Part shown: one piece after another, positions 34,493 to 44,628 of the stretch | Position numbering within the stretch: the first letter of the stretch is position 1 | How the letters are laid out: each line of letters opens with the position of its first letter | Sequence record: PZ050807.1 | Strand: one strand, 5' to 3' | Source of the DNA: a phage | Length of the DNA stretch: 45,190 nucleotides | Notes under the pieces: model-generated | What the model was told of the DNA's origin: nothing | Databases searched by the model: none | The model's input: the letters and a program-made list of their open reading frames with translations, nothing else | Made by a program: the position numbers and the translations under genes

Positions 34493-37135
34493 ATGGCAGA
34501 TCAAGCGGCAGGCATCACGCTAAAGGCGGATGTTGCACAAATCAGAACGGCGAATACTGTGCTTGATTCATTCGCACAGAAATCCGAGAACACAGAAAAC
34601 AAGGTTAAGAAGTTAAACAACACCCTCGGCAAATCTAAAAAGGTGACGAGTGATGCCGCTGGCGGAATGGAAAAGCTGGCGAACGAATCGCATCGAGCAG
34701 CCGATGGCATGACGAAACAGGAGCGACTCGCCAACCGGTTAGGCATGTCGACCAAAAACCTGGGCTTTGCCTCGCATAACGCCGCATTCCAGTTACAGGA
34801 TATAGCGGTTACGCTTGAGATGGGTATGCCGGTGCACCGCGTCATGCTTCAGCAGTTACCACAGCTTACTGGGGCGTTCGGTGGGTTTGGTAACACGCTG
34901 CGTTATGTTGCTGGCTTCCTCGGCCCAGTAGGGATCGGAATTGCAGCACTAACGGCAACGTTAGGCGTAGGGGTGGCAATTACGACACGTGCCGAAAACC
35001 AGGTAGCAGCGCTTAACAAGACGCTGGCGCTATCCGGTAACATTTCCGGCCTAACTGCAAACCAGATCCTGGTGCTATCCGAGAACGCCGAGCGCATGGG
35101 CGGGTCGTTCCGCAAGACGCGTGACACAATCCAGGCGCTGGCGGCGGCGGGTGTGAAAGCGGGTGCAGACTTCGGCACGCTGGCGAAAGTGGTGAATGAT
35201 TTTGCGAAGGTGTCCAGCCAGCCGATCGAGGATGTGGTCGCGGCGGTGGCGAAGCTGTCTACCGACCCGGTAGGTGGCTTGCGAGCATTGGCTGATAAGT
35301 ATCACGTCGTAAACGAAGCGCAGATCCAGCAGGTGCAGTCACTAGTGACGGCTGGTCGCGAAACCGAAGCGGTGGCGCTGGCTAACAAAACAGCCGCAGC
35401 GTCGTTTACCACTATGACCAATGAGATCAAGTCCAACATGGGTACGCTTGAGCGGTCGATGAACGTCGTTACATCGGCAGCTAAATCTATGTGGGATGCC
35501 ATCCTGGATGTTGGACGCGCGCAGTCCTCGAATGAGTCAGAGATGAAAGCGCGTGAATCATTGCAGCGACTGACCACGGCTTACTATGCCGAGATGAAAG
35601 CGGTAAACGCTGCCGGTGGGGTGATGACCGAAGCGCAGAAAGCGCGTATTAACATGCTTTACAGCGAACTGGTCGCCCAGGAGAAGGTGGTGGCGTCGCT
35701 CACCATGCGCAACCGTGCCGAGCGGGACAACGCCAGCGCCGCGGACGCAGCAGCAAAGGCGAACGAAGAGGCAAACCGCACCGCCCGCGACCGCGCTGCG
35801 TTTGAGAAGGAGTACGCAACCAACGCGAAGAGGCGCGCCGACGAGATCGCCCGCCTCAATTTGCTTAATAAGCGCGGCGTGATTGACGAGAAAGAGCTTG
35901 CCGAGGCGGTGAAGCAGGTAAACGAGCGTTACAAAGACCCCGCCCCGAAGAAGGCCGCCGCTGTTCGAGTCGATGCCGGGCTGAAAATGCTGGAAGTAGC
36001 ACGGAGCGAACTGGCACAGCTTCGTGAGTCTGGAAAGCAGATCGAAGCCAACTCCTCGACGCAGACCCGAACGCAACGCGCGCAAGCGGCCCTGAACAAG
36101 CTGATCGCGGATAATGAGCAGTTAATCGCCGCAAGCAAAGAAAGAGCACTAACGGCAGCCGAAAAGCAGCAGATGGTCGAATTCGGACGCGTGAAGGAAG
36201 TACGCGAGCAGATCGTCGAAGAAGCCAAATTGCTGGACGCGAAAGAGAAGCAGGTCAAGGCGCACGCGCAGATCGACGCCTTCGTTAAGAACCAGAACGC
36301 CGAGCTAAAAGCCACCGCGGCGGGCTATGCGCTTTCCACTCGCGAAGCGGCAAACCTGCGTGAAGAATTGCAGCTAATTGACCGCCTGAAGCGGGTGGGC
36401 GCTAGTGATGCCGATATTGATCTGGCGGTGTCTAAACTGCGCGAAGTGCAGGAAGCACAGACCGGTGCTAACGCCTCACTATGGGATGGATTCAGCCGTG
36501 GGCTTAAGGATAGCGTGGATGAAATGGGTAACGGCTATACGCAGATGGTATCGGCAACGAAATTTACATTCGGCGCTATGATGGACACGATGAATGAATT
36601 TTTCGAGACTGGTAAATTCAACGCGAAGGAAATGATTAAATCCATCCTGAGCGAATTTATCAAGCTGGCTACCTCGCAGGCGTTCAAGTCCGTAATCAAC
36701 GCATTCGGCGGTGACGGTGGGAAGAATGGTCTGTTCGGGGCAATCTTCTCCGGTCTGACGAAGAATGCCGACGGTGGAGCGTACGCTGGCGGCAACCTGT
36801 CCGCATATTCCGGTCAGATCGTAAGCCAGCCAACCTTTTTCAATTACGGCGTTAAGGCGTTCGCTAACGGCGCGGGATTGATGGGTGAGGCTGGGCCGGA
36901 GGCCATCATGCCGCTGAAGCGCGGGCCGGACGGTAAACTGGGCGTTGCCGCAAGTGGGGCTGGTGGTGGTATCGTCGTGACAACGAACGTGAACATGGGT
37001 ACAGGGCAGGCTGACACCAGCGTTAAAGGGACCGACCCGCGAATGGGGCAGGTATTCGGCAAGCAGATCACGGAAGCGGTTAAGGCCGAAATCGTGAAAG
37101 CGACTAAACCAGGTGGAGTACTTTACAAACGATGA
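34493..37135 (+). CDS. Tail tape measure protein
   Basis: 880 aa, coiled-coil rich, downstream of G/GT chaperones and upstream of tail-tip genes. Confidence 0.85.
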   Translation: MADQAAGITLKADVAQIRTANTVLDSFAQKSENTENKVKKLNNTLGKSKKVTSDAAGGMEKLANESHRAADGMTKQERLANRLGMSTKNLGFASHNAAFQLQDIAVTLEMGMPVHRVMLQQLPQLTGAFGGFGNTLRYVAGFLGPVGIGIAALTATLGVGVAITTRAENQVAALNKTLALSGNISGLTANQILVLSENAERMGGSFRKTRDTIQALAAAGVKAGADFGTLAKVVNDFAKVSSQPIEDVVAAVAKLSTDPVGGLRALADKYHVVNEAQIQQVQSLVTAGRETEAVALANKTAAASFTTMTNEIKSNMGTLERSMNVVTSAAKSMWDAILDVGRAQSSNESEMKARESLQRLTTAYYAEMKAVNAAGGVMTEAQKARINMLYSELVAQEKVVASLTMRNRAERDNASAADAAAKANEEANRTARDRAAFEKEYATNAKRRADEIARLNLLNKRGVIDEKELAEAVKQVNERYKDPAPKKAAAVRVDAGLKMLEVARSELAQLRESGKQIEANSSTQTRTQRAQAALNKLIADNEQLIAASKERALTAAEKQQMVEFGRVKEVREQIVEEAKLLDAKEKQVKAHAQIDAFVKNQNAELKATAAGYALSTREAANLREELQLIDRLKRVGASDADIDLAVSKLREVQEAQTGANASLWDGFSRGLKDSVDEMGNGYTQMVSATKFTFGAMMDTMNEFFETGKFNAKEMIKSILSEFIKLATSQAFKSVINAFGGDGGKNGLFGAIFSGLTKNADGGAYAGGNLSAYSGQIVSQPTFFNYGVKAFANGAGLMGEAGPEAIMPLKRGPDGKLGVAASGAGGGIVVTTNVNMGTGQADTSVKGTDPRMGQVFGKQITEAVKAEIVKATKPGGVLYKR

Positions 37136-37142
37136 TAAAATG

Positions 37143-37171
37143 GCCCTCACACACAACGTGAGGGCTTTTTT
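37143..37171 (+). terminator. Intrinsic terminator/attenuator after the tape-measure gene
   Basis: GCCCTCAC-ACACAAC-GTGAGGGC followed by TTTTTT. Confidence 0.65.
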
Positions 37172-37771
37172 ATGGCACAAGGTACAATCACAGTGACGAA
37201 TGGTAGTAAGACCGTCACAGGCGCGGGCACAGCGTTTTTAAGCGCATTGGGTAAGGTATTCGTGCTGGCCACCATCGACGGCAACGACTACATTGCTAAA
37301 ATCGCGTCATTCAACTCTAACACTTCAATCACACTGGTGGACAATTGGCCCGGACCGACTAAATCCGGCGCTGCATACGACTTGATTGAGGCGCACGACC
37401 AGCGGGCTAATGAGTGGCCCTACTATTGGCATATGCAATTGCAAGGCGGTGGCGACGTGCAGTTATCATTCCGCACCGAAGAATTGCAATTTGGCAACGG
37501 GTACGGGCAGAACATCGCAGATGGGCCGAACGCCGAGACGAAACAATTCCCGATCCAGTTTGTAGGCTTGACTAACGACAAGTGGAATAACCCTAAGCTG
37601 GTCTATAACTTCCTGCGCGCGCATTTTGTAAAGCCGTTTATTGTCACCGCGCCGGATGGGGAGAAGGGGCTCTACGTTGTAGAGCGGTCGAGCTTGTCGT
37701 ACACTGACAACGGACACTATACGGCAACCGTATCAGCGACACTTAAAACCGCAATTGGATTCGTGCAATGA
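37172..37771 (+). CDS. Minor tail / distal tail protein (gpM slot) with a fibre-like N-terminal domain
   Basis: Synteny; first ~70 aa paralogous to the N-terminus of the side tail fibre (44652..). Confidence 0.5.
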   Translation: MAQGTITVTNGSKTVTGAGTAFLSALGKVFVLATIDGNDYIAKIASFNSNTSITLVDNWPGPTKSGAAYDLIEAHDQRANEWPYYWHMQLQGGGDVQLSFRTEELQFGNGYGQNIADGPNAETKQFPIQFVGLTNDKWNNPKLVYNFLRAHFVKPFIVTAPDGEKGLYVVERSSLSYTDNGHYTATVSATLKTAIGFVQ

Positions 37772-38556
37772 ATAAACTTTACCGTGAGGCAACGCGCTTC
37801 GACCCGTCCGGGCGCGTTCGACTGATTCACATTGATGCGCAGGACGTCGATCCTGGCGACGGCGCTATCGGGGCAGGACACCACTATTTCCACTACTGCT
37901 TTATCCCGCACACAGCGGAAGATATTGCCGCTGCCGGTGGGGATGAGTCGAAGCTGAAGCCTAAATCTCTGTTCTTTGACGGACAGGAGTATGAATTTTG
38001 GCCCTTTGATTTAACCGGCCTTAATTTCTCCACCTCAACGGCGGCAGATCCGCAGCTAACTATCGTCGATATTGGCGGCGTTATCACTCGCCTGTCACTG
38101 AATCACGACCAGCTACTGGGCGCAAAGGTTGAGGTTATCGACACGTTTGCGAAGTTCCTGGACCACGGCGAAGATCCAGACCCAACGCAAAAACGCGTAC
38201 AGGAGTTTTACATTGATTCGCAGGTTGGTCGCAATCCGGGTCGACAAATTACGTTTGCGCTTTCCTCGCCTGCGGATATGGAAGGGCAGGTGGTCCCGCG
38301 CCGCCAGATCATGAATATGTGCGAGTGGGCGCTTAATGGCAAATACGCCAGCGGGGACGGGTGTACGTGGAATCTGGCGGCCCCCGGCATCAAGTATTAC
38401 GACGAGCGGGGCAACGAAGTCATAGCGATGAACATGGACCGCTGCGGTGGCTGTTTGTCAGACTGTTATCTTCGTTTTGGTCAGGGGCTGGCTGACCCTA
38501 AATCGGCAGTGCTGGACTTCGGCGGCTTCCCCGGATCTAAACTTATCAAGGGGTAA
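37768..38556 (+). CDS. Minor tail protein L-like
   Basis: Synteny plus C-terminal Cys cluster (CEW...C..., DRCGGCLSDC), as in lambda gpL. Confidence 0.6.
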   Translation: MNKLYREATRFDPSGRVRLIHIDAQDVDPGDGAIGAGHHYFHYCFIPHTAEDIAAAGGDESKLKPKSLFFDGQEYEFWPFDLTGLNFSTSTAADPQLTIVDIGGVITRLSLNHDQLLGAKVEVIDTFAKFLDHGEDPDPTQKRVQEFYIDSQVGRNPGRQITFALSSPADMEGQVVPRRQIMNMCEWALNGKYASGDGCTWNLAAPGIKYYDERGNEVIAMNMDRCGGCLSDCYLRFGQGLADPKSAVLDFGGFPGSKLIKG

Positions 38557-38558
38557 TC

Positions 38559-39299
38559 ATGTTAACTAAGAAAGTGAGAAGTGAGATTACCGCGCATGTC
38601 GCGTCTTGTCTGCCTGAAGAGGCCTGCGGGCTTGTCGTCATGGTCGGGCGCAAGCAGGTTTTCGTACCCTGCCTGAACGTGTTCGAAGACCCCACCGGCG
38701 AGCGCACCAGGAAAGACGCATTCACTATCAGTGATATGGCATGGATGGATGCCGAAGATATGGGCGAAGTCGTACGCGTGGTGCACTCGCACCCCGGACA
38801 GCGCGAACTAACCCCATCGTTAGGCGACGTCAACGGATGCAACGGCAGCGGCATTACCTGGACCATCGTTAACGAGTTTGGCGACCTTATCGAGATAGAC
38901 CCGGAAGACCCGCCGCTGGTAGGCCGCCGTTTTGTGCTGGGTATTACTGACTGCTACGGCCTCGTCATGGACTGGCACAAGAAGAATGGCGTAAACCTGC
39001 CGGACTTCCGCGTGCCGTATAACTGGTGGGAGAGCGGGGAGAATCTCTACATGGACAACTGGTATAGCGCCGGTTTCCGTGAATGCGCTGAGAACACCCC
39101 AGGCGCAATGGTCATCATGCAGATTAGCTCCGAGGTGCCAAACCACGCAGGGATCTACCTTCCGGGCGACCAACTGCTACACCACATCTACGGCAGCTTG
39201 TCCAGTGTTATCCCGTTCCGGGCAGGCTTTTTCCGTGAAAATGTGGTTAAATGGGTCAGACACAAAGACCTACCGGAGAAAATTGCGATATGGCAATGA
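38559..39299 (+). CDS. Tail assembly protein K-like (JAB/MPN + NlpC/P60)
   Basis: HSHPG...S..D metal-site motif and Cys/His pair (DCYGLV ... HAGIY). Confidence 0.6.
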   Translation: MLTKKVRSEITAHVASCLPEEACGLVVMVGRKQVFVPCLNVFEDPTGERTRKDAFTISDMAWMDAEDMGEVVRVVHSHPGQRELTPSLGDVNGCNGSGITWTIVNEFGDLIEIDPEDPPLVGRRFVLGITDCYGLVMDWHKKNGVNLPDFRVPYNWWESGENLYMDNWYSAGFRECAENTPGAMVIMQISSEVPNHAGIYLPGDQLLHHIYGSLSSVIPFRAGFFRENVVKWVRHKDLPEKIAIWQ

Positions 39300-39907
39300 C
39301 CACGTTTAAATTATACGGCGTCTTAGGACGCCGTTTTGGTAAAGAGCATAAGCTGGACTGTTTCACACCAGGCGAGGGAATTACCGGTCTGTGTGTGAAA
39401 TTACCCGGCTTACAGGAATATTTAATGTCTGCGCACCTGGACAATATGATGTTCAAAGTGCGTAAAGGCGACCACACAATGGGAAGCACCGATGAACTGG
39501 GCGAATCCCACGGCAACCGCGTCATTACCATCGCGCCAGTTATGACGGGTGCAAAAAGCGGCTTAGGCCAATTGCTGGCTGGCGTGGCTATCGTAGTAGC
39601 CTCGTTCTATACGGGTGGTCTTGCAACTGCCGCTTTCGGAGCTTCCGCCGCCACCGCTGCCGCGATCGGGACCGCCACATTCTCATTCGGTATGTCAATG
39701 GCGCTGGGTGGTGTTATGCAGCTACTATCACCGCAACCGAAAGGATTGCAGACACGCCAGGATGTTGATAACAAAGCATCGTACGCGTTCGGCGGGCCAG
39801 TAAACACGACTGCGCAAGGGACCGCACTTGGTGTATTATGGGGCGAGCGTGAGATCGGCGGCGCTATTATTTCAGCCGGTATCGTAACTGAGGATTTACA
39901 CGAATGA
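39290..39907 (+). CDS. Tail assembly protein I-like
   Basis: Synteny; Gly/Ala-rich hydrophobic C-terminal half; start at MAMTTFKLYGV. Confidence 0.55.
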   Translation: MAMTTFKLYGVLGRRFGKEHKLDCFTPGEGITGLCVKLPGLQEYLMSAHLDNMMFKVRKGDHTMGSTDELGESHGNRVITIAPVMTGAKSGLGQLLAGVAIVVASFYTGGLATAAFGASAATAAAIGTATFSFGMSMALGGVMQLLSPQPKGLQTRQDVDNKASYAFGGPVNTTAQGTALGVLWGEREIGGAIISAGIVTEDLHE

Positions 39908-42900
39908 CTATCGTCTATTCCGTAACGGGCCATAAGGGCGGTGGCGGGAAACAGCATACCCCGCAAGAAACACCCGACAGCCTGCACTCGCTGGCTAAAA
40001 TCCGCATTCTGCTCGCATTGGGTGAGGGGGAATTTGAAGGCATCCCGTCGGCAGCAGAGCTACGCAAGCGCGTCTATCTGGACGGCACGCCGATCATGAA
40101 CGAGGATAACTCGGAAAACTTCCCTGGCGCGCGCGTTGAGTTCCGCCCAGGCACACAGCACCAGGACGTGATTCACGGATTTTCAGCCGTGGAAAGCGAG
40201 TCGTCGGTAAACGTCAAGCTGGAGCAGGGCTCACCGTGGGTACGTCAAATCACCGACACCAGTCTGGACGCGGTGCGCATTCGTATTGGCATTCCTGCGT
40301 TGTACACCAACGAAGATAACGGCGACCTGGTTGGTGGGCGTATCGACTATAAGATCGTGGTGTACACCGACAACGCCGATCCGCGTGAGTTTGCATTCGC
40401 TGCCGTTGGTAAAACAATGTCGCTGTATGAGCGCGACCACCGCATCGAATTACCGTCGAACGTTAACACCGGCTGGCGCGTCGAAGTGCACCGCATCACC
40501 GCAGACTCCACCTCGGCGAAAGTGGTAAACGATATTCGCGTACAATCTATCACCGAGATAATCGACGCCCGTTTGCGCTACCCGCTAACCGCGTTGCTGT
40601 TCGTTGAGTTTGATGCGAAGGCTTTCCAGGATATCCCGCGCGTGTCTATCAAGTGCAAAGGCCGCAAAGTGCTGATCCCGACCAACTACGACCCGATCGC
40701 ACATACCTATAGCGGCGACTGGGACGGCACTTTCAAGCGTGCATGGACGGATAACCCTGCGTGGCACTGGTACGATATTTGTATTACGGAACGCTTCGGC
40801 CTCGGTCGTCGCATCAAGCCGCAGATGCTAAACCGCTATGCGCTTTACCAGATTGCACAACGCTGCGATCAGATGGTTAGTGACGGCAACGGCGGACAAG
40901 AAATACGGTTTAAGAATGATATGTACATACAGTCGCAGACCGACGCATGGACCGTTCTGAAGGACTTAGCCGCCATCTTCGCCGGAATGACCTGGTGGGG
41001 CAATCAGATGCTGAATATTGTCAGTGACCAACCAGTCGCTGCGGTTTCGCACACCATTACGAATGCCTCCGTTATTGATGGGCGATTCGATTATGCGTCT
41101 GGCAGCCAGAAGACTCGCTATTCAACATTCGCGGTGGCATACGGCAATCCGGCTAACCACTACGATGACGCAATCGCAACGGGCCAGCGCGTGGAACTGG
41201 TGCGCCGCCACAAGATTAACCGCCTTGATATTACGGCGATCGGCTGTACGCGTGAATCTGAAGCGCAACGCCGCGGTCACTGGGCGCTTATTTCAAACCA
41301 GCTTGACCAGCAGGTGAGCTTTAAAGTAGGTATGGAAGGTCTGTTCTTCATTCCGGGGAGCGTGGTCGCTATCGCCGACACCAACATTTCCGGCGGTTTC
41401 GAGATTCGCGGCGGTCGCTTACTGGAAGACCCAGGCACGCGCACGGTGCTTAACACAGACGAAGAAATCACATTCCGCCCAGGTGATAAATTCCTGGTGC
41501 GCACTGCGAACGGTAGTGTCGAGACTCGCGCAATATCAAGCGTCAACGGCAACAAGGTTACGTTATCCAGTGCCCTGGATGCCGACCCGATCCCGTTCCA
41601 GCCGTTTTGCGTCGACGGTGATGATATTCAGGTGCAGAAGTTCCGCATCACCGATCTGGAGTATGACGACGCAACCAGCACTTTCTCGGTGCGCGGGATT
41701 GAGTACAACGACAGCAAATATGATGCCGTTGATAATGGCGCTCGTCTTGATCCTGGCATCTTTACGCAAATGCCGGACGGTGTGCTGAAGGGGCCGGAAT
41801 CCGTAACCATTACCCCGTCGCAGATTTCAAGCCAGGGTCAGTTAATCACCAACGTGGATATTGTCTTTCCACCGGTGAAAAATGCCGTTGTATATGAAAT
41901 CCAGTGGCGAAGGACCAGCCTTCAGAATATGGCGTTGCAGTGGGGTAACGACTGGGTAAACTTGCCTCGTACGCCGTCGAACGGTGCACACATCCCCAAC
42001 GTGTTCTCCGGTAACTACCAGGCGCGCGTCCGCGCAATCGGTATGGGTGAAATCTCATCCCCGTGGGTAGAGTCTGCCATCACGCCGATCGAGGGTCGTT
42101 TAGGTGGGCTGAATGCGCCAATCATTACGGCGGCAGTTTCCGGTTTGCATCAGATCTTGTGGAAGTGGAATCACAACAACGCTGCGACCGATATTTCATA
42201 CACAGAGCTTGAAGTGCGCAAGCCAGGGACTGAAGAGTGGCACTTCCTCACTAACGTGCCGTACCCAGGCGCGGAGTACGCGCAGACTTCGCTTGAGTTC
42301 GGGATTTACCAGCAGTTGCGAGCACGCGTAGCAGATAAAATCGGCAACCTGTCCGATTGGTCCGCACCGTTTGAAGGCCAGGTGAGCGATAAAGTTGACG
42401 ACTACATGAAGGGACTCGACGATGAGTTTCTTACTTCTGAAGACGGCAAGCACTTCCAGGAACAGATCGACACGTTCCCGCAAGGCATTTACGAGTCAAT
42501 GCTTACGGACGCGCAGCAGTTGCTTAACGCACGTGCCGAGTATCAAGGTATTTACGCCGAGATCAAAGTGGCCTATACCGTTGCTGCCGATGCGCACCAG
42601 GCGGTCGCTGAACTGGAAACGCTGATCGGCACGCGCCTTGATGATGCGGAAGCCGCAATCCATACGCTACAGACTGCGCAGAGCACACACGAACAGGCGT
42701 TCGCTCAGTACCAGCAAACGGTGTCAGCTAAGTTTGGCGATCAGGAAGCCGCAATCCAGTCAGTGCAAACGGCAACGAGTGATGTAGCCAGCGCTCTGGC
42801 GACCTACAAAACACAGGTAGCCGCGCAGTTCGGGCAACAGTCCGCCGCGATCGAGCAGAAAATGACGTCTACGTTTAACCACTCTGGTGGTAACGCAACC

Positions 42901-43350
42901 TACAGCCTGAAAGCTGGAGTGACGTACAACGGGACGTATTATGATGCCGGTATGCAGCTTTCGGTAGTTGCCGAAGGGAACTCGGTTAAATCGTGCATCG
43001 CGTTCAAGGCGGACCAGTTCTACATCATGCACCCGTCGAACGGTACGCTATCCTCCGCGTTCATCGTTGACGGCGGGCAGGTGTACATCGACACGGCCCG
43101 AATCAAGAACGCGTCCATTAACTTTGCGCAGATCACGGACACGCTGCAATCCAACAACTGGCAGCCTGGCAGCCAGGGGTGGCGAATCGCGAAGGATGGC
43201 GGCGCGGAGTTTAACAACGTGACAATCCGCGGCAACGTGTATGCGCAGACTGGTAACTTCGGTTTTTCAAGTGGGTCGGTACAAATCGACTGGTCGGGGG
43301 TAAACGTGCCGTTGCCTGGCGGAGGGCGGGTTAAAGTGGGGGTGTGGTAA
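39904..43350 (+). CDS. Central tail fibre / host-specificity protein J-like
   Basis: 1148 aa; N-terminus GHKGGGGKQHTPQETPDSLHSLAKIRIL is J-like; synteny. Confidence 0.8.
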   Translation: MTIVYSVTGHKGGGGKQHTPQETPDSLHSLAKIRILLALGEGEFEGIPSAAELRKRVYLDGTPIMNEDNSENFPGARVEFRPGTQHQDVIHGFSAVESESSVNVKLEQGSPWVRQITDTSLDAVRIRIGIPALYTNEDNGDLVGGRIDYKIVVYTDNADPREFAFAAVGKTMSLYERDHRIELPSNVNTGWRVEVHRITADSTSAKVVNDIRVQSITEIIDARLRYPLTALLFVEFDAKAFQDIPRVSIKCKGRKVLIPTNYDPIAHTYSGDWDGTFKRAWTDNPAWHWYDICITERFGLGRRIKPQMLNRYALYQIAQRCDQMVSDGNGGQEIRFKNDMYIQSQTDAWTVLKDLAAIFAGMTWWGNQMLNIVSDQPVAAVSHTITNASVIDGRFDYASGSQKTRYSTFAVAYGNPANHYDDAIATGQRVELVRRHKINRLDITAIGCTRESEAQRRGHWALISNQLDQQVSFKVGMEGLFFIPGSVVAIADTNISGGFEIRGGRLLEDPGTRTVLNTDEEITFRPGDKFLVRTANGSVETRAISSVNGNKVTLSSALDADPIPFQPFCVDGDDIQVQKFRITDLEYDDATSTFSVRGIEYNDSKYDAVDNGARLDPGIFTQMPDGVLKGPESVTITPSQISSQGQLITNVDIVFPPVKNAVVYEIQWRRTSLQNMALQWGNDWVNLPRTPSNGAHIPNVFSGNYQARVRAIGMGEISSPWVESAITPIEGRLGGLNAPIITAAVSGLHQILWKWNHNNAATDISYTELEVRKPGTEEWHFLTNVPYPGAEYAQTSLEFGIYQQLRARVADKIGNLSDWSAPFEGQVSDKVDDYMKGLDDEFLTSEDGKHFQEQIDTFPQGIYESMLTDAQQLLNARAEYQGIYAEIKVAYTVAADAHQAVAELETLIGTRLDDAEAAIHTLQTAQSTHEQAFAQYQQTVSAKFGDQEAAIQSVQTATSDVASALATYKTQVAAQFGQQSAAIEQKMTSTFNHSGGNATYSLKAGVTYNGTYYDAGMQLSVVAEGNSVKSCIAFKADQFYIMHPSNGTLSSAFIVDGGQVYIDTARIKNASINFAQITDTLQSNNWQPGSQGWRIAKDGGAEFNNVTIRGNVYAQTGNFGFSSGSVQIDWSGVNVPLPGGGRVKVGVW

Positions 43351-43356
43351 AACGCA

Positions 43357-43380
43357 AGGGGCCGTTTGGCCCCTTTCTTA
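43357..43380. terminator. Bidirectional intrinsic terminator
   Basis: AGGGGCC-GTTT-GGCCCCT followed by TTCTT; same stem as the terminators at 2743 and 27664. Confidence 0.65.
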
Positions 43381-44343
43381 ATACATATTAGGAAGGACAA
43401 TCAGCGGTGTTGGTACGACAACATTGCGGTTAGGCATCTGGAATTGCTGCCGTGAATAGTTGCCAATGACGCGGTTTTTCGCTGCACCAACGACGCTACC
43501 CGCCATGCGTATCCCGTTCATGCGTACGTGGTTATAACCGCTATTGTTTTCAATAAGCGCGCCCGTGTATGAAAGCTGAATAAGGCTGTTACCGATATTC
43601 TGCCACCCTGCGCTAAGGTCAACCGTCCCGTTAAACACAAACGGCTTATTGACGGTGGAGAATGTAACCTGGCCTGCGTTGTTGGTCATCGTGATACCGG
43701 TTCCGGGGCTTGGCGGTGTGTTATTGAATATAACCAATTCCATGTCAACGGCAGCACCCACATCATCAATCCCGCCGTAAGCCGCATTGCGGACGATAAT
43801 ACTGCCTCCATCGAAGCCAACCGACACGTTAGGGTCATCCCAACGGGCGAACGGAACACCTCCGACCGGCAGCGGCATACTTCCGTTCACATGGACGCGC
43901 TGCGCGTAGCGACAGGTCATCAGCCGAGCGACGTTTGATATGGCGGTGAAGTCCGTCGAGTTAGCCACCAGAAGCCCAGCATTACGCGACCCCACCGGCA
44001 GCACTTCCATAATCGTTCCCGCCCAGGTTGGAAGCCCGCTATAAGCGCCCAGCGCGTCAGCACCGTGCAGCGTAATTCCGCCATCACCATTTCGAGATAT
44101 TGACGTTACAAACATCGGATCGGGTATTACCAGTGTTTGGTCGAACACTTCCACCACTTCAACGGGATTAGTTAGCACGACTATAAGCTGCGATCCAGGC
44201 GTTAGCGGAGTATTGACTGTTAGCGTCTTGTCAGATTGGCAGCGCTGATTAAAATTGGTACAAAAAGACGGAGCACGAAGCCCCGCCGTAATTTCCATTC
44301 TTGGACGCCCATCGTTGTATTCGATAAGGATACCTGCACCCAT
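43378..44343 (-). CDS. Beta-rich hypothetical protein, 321 aa; inverted cassette between J and the tail-fibre genes
   Basis: G/N/T/V-rich with no catalytic motif; RBS GGGAG; co-transcribed with the upstream lipoprotein gene. Confidence 0.5.
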   Translation of the reverse strand: MGAGILIEYNDGRPRMEITAGLRAPSFCTNFNQRCQSDKTLTVNTPLTPGSQLIVVLTNPVEVVEVFDQTLVIPDPMFVTSISRNGDGGITLHGADALGAYSGLPTWAGTIMEVLPVGSRNAGLLVANSTDFTAISNVARLMTCRYAQRVHVNGSMPLPVGGVPFARWDDPNVSVGFDGGSIIVRNAAYGGIDDVGAAVDMELVIFNNTPPSPGTGITMTNNAGQVTFSTVNKPFVFNGTVDLSAGWQNIGNSLIQLSYTGALIENNSGYNHVRMNGIRMAGSVVGAAKNRVIGNYSRQQFQMPNRNVVVPTPLIVLPNMY

Positions 44344-44345
44344 AA

Positions 44346-44570
44346 TTACCACTCCCGTGATTTAACTGATACCGTACCAGAGAAGTTACCGTCTGAATCT
44401 GCCGCCAAACCGGTGAATCGCATGTCAATGTCTCCGGCAGCGACCTTTTGCCCGTCAACATAACGCAACATGCAGCTTCCCGCAACGTAGGTAACGCAAT
44501 CGCCATTATGACGCTCAACAGCACAACCAGACAGCATAGCAACGACTAAAATACTTAATAAAGTTTTCAT
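44346..44570 (-). CDS. Small lipoprotein, 74 aa (candidate superinfection-exclusion factor, Llp/Cor-like by context)
   Basis: Signal peptide MKTLLSILVVAMLSGC with canonical lipobox LSG-C; strong RBS AAAGGAGA; early-type promoter upstream. Confidence 0.55.
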   Translation of the reverse strand: MKTLLSILVVAMLSGCAVERHNGDCVTYVAGSCMLRYVDGQKVAAGDIDMRFTGLAADSDGNFSGTVSVKSREW

Positions 44571-44599
44571 GGTATCATCTCCTTTGTTTTGACAACTTA

Positions 44600-44628
44600 A
44601 ATATAGTGCAACCAATACGTGATTGCAA
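44600..44628 (-). promoter_or_regulatory. Early-type promoter (minus strand): -35 TTGCAA, 17 nt with ATTGGTTGCAC, -10 TATATT
   Basis: Minus strand: TTGCAA(44628..44623)-17 nt-TATATT(44605..44600). Confidence 0.55.

Noticed and set aside
35558-36315. Several minus-strand ORFs (35558..36085, 35929..36315 and others) antisense to the tape-measure gene
   Set aside because: Low-complexity Ala/Ser/Arg-rich translations typical of antisense frames of a GC-rich coiled-coil gene
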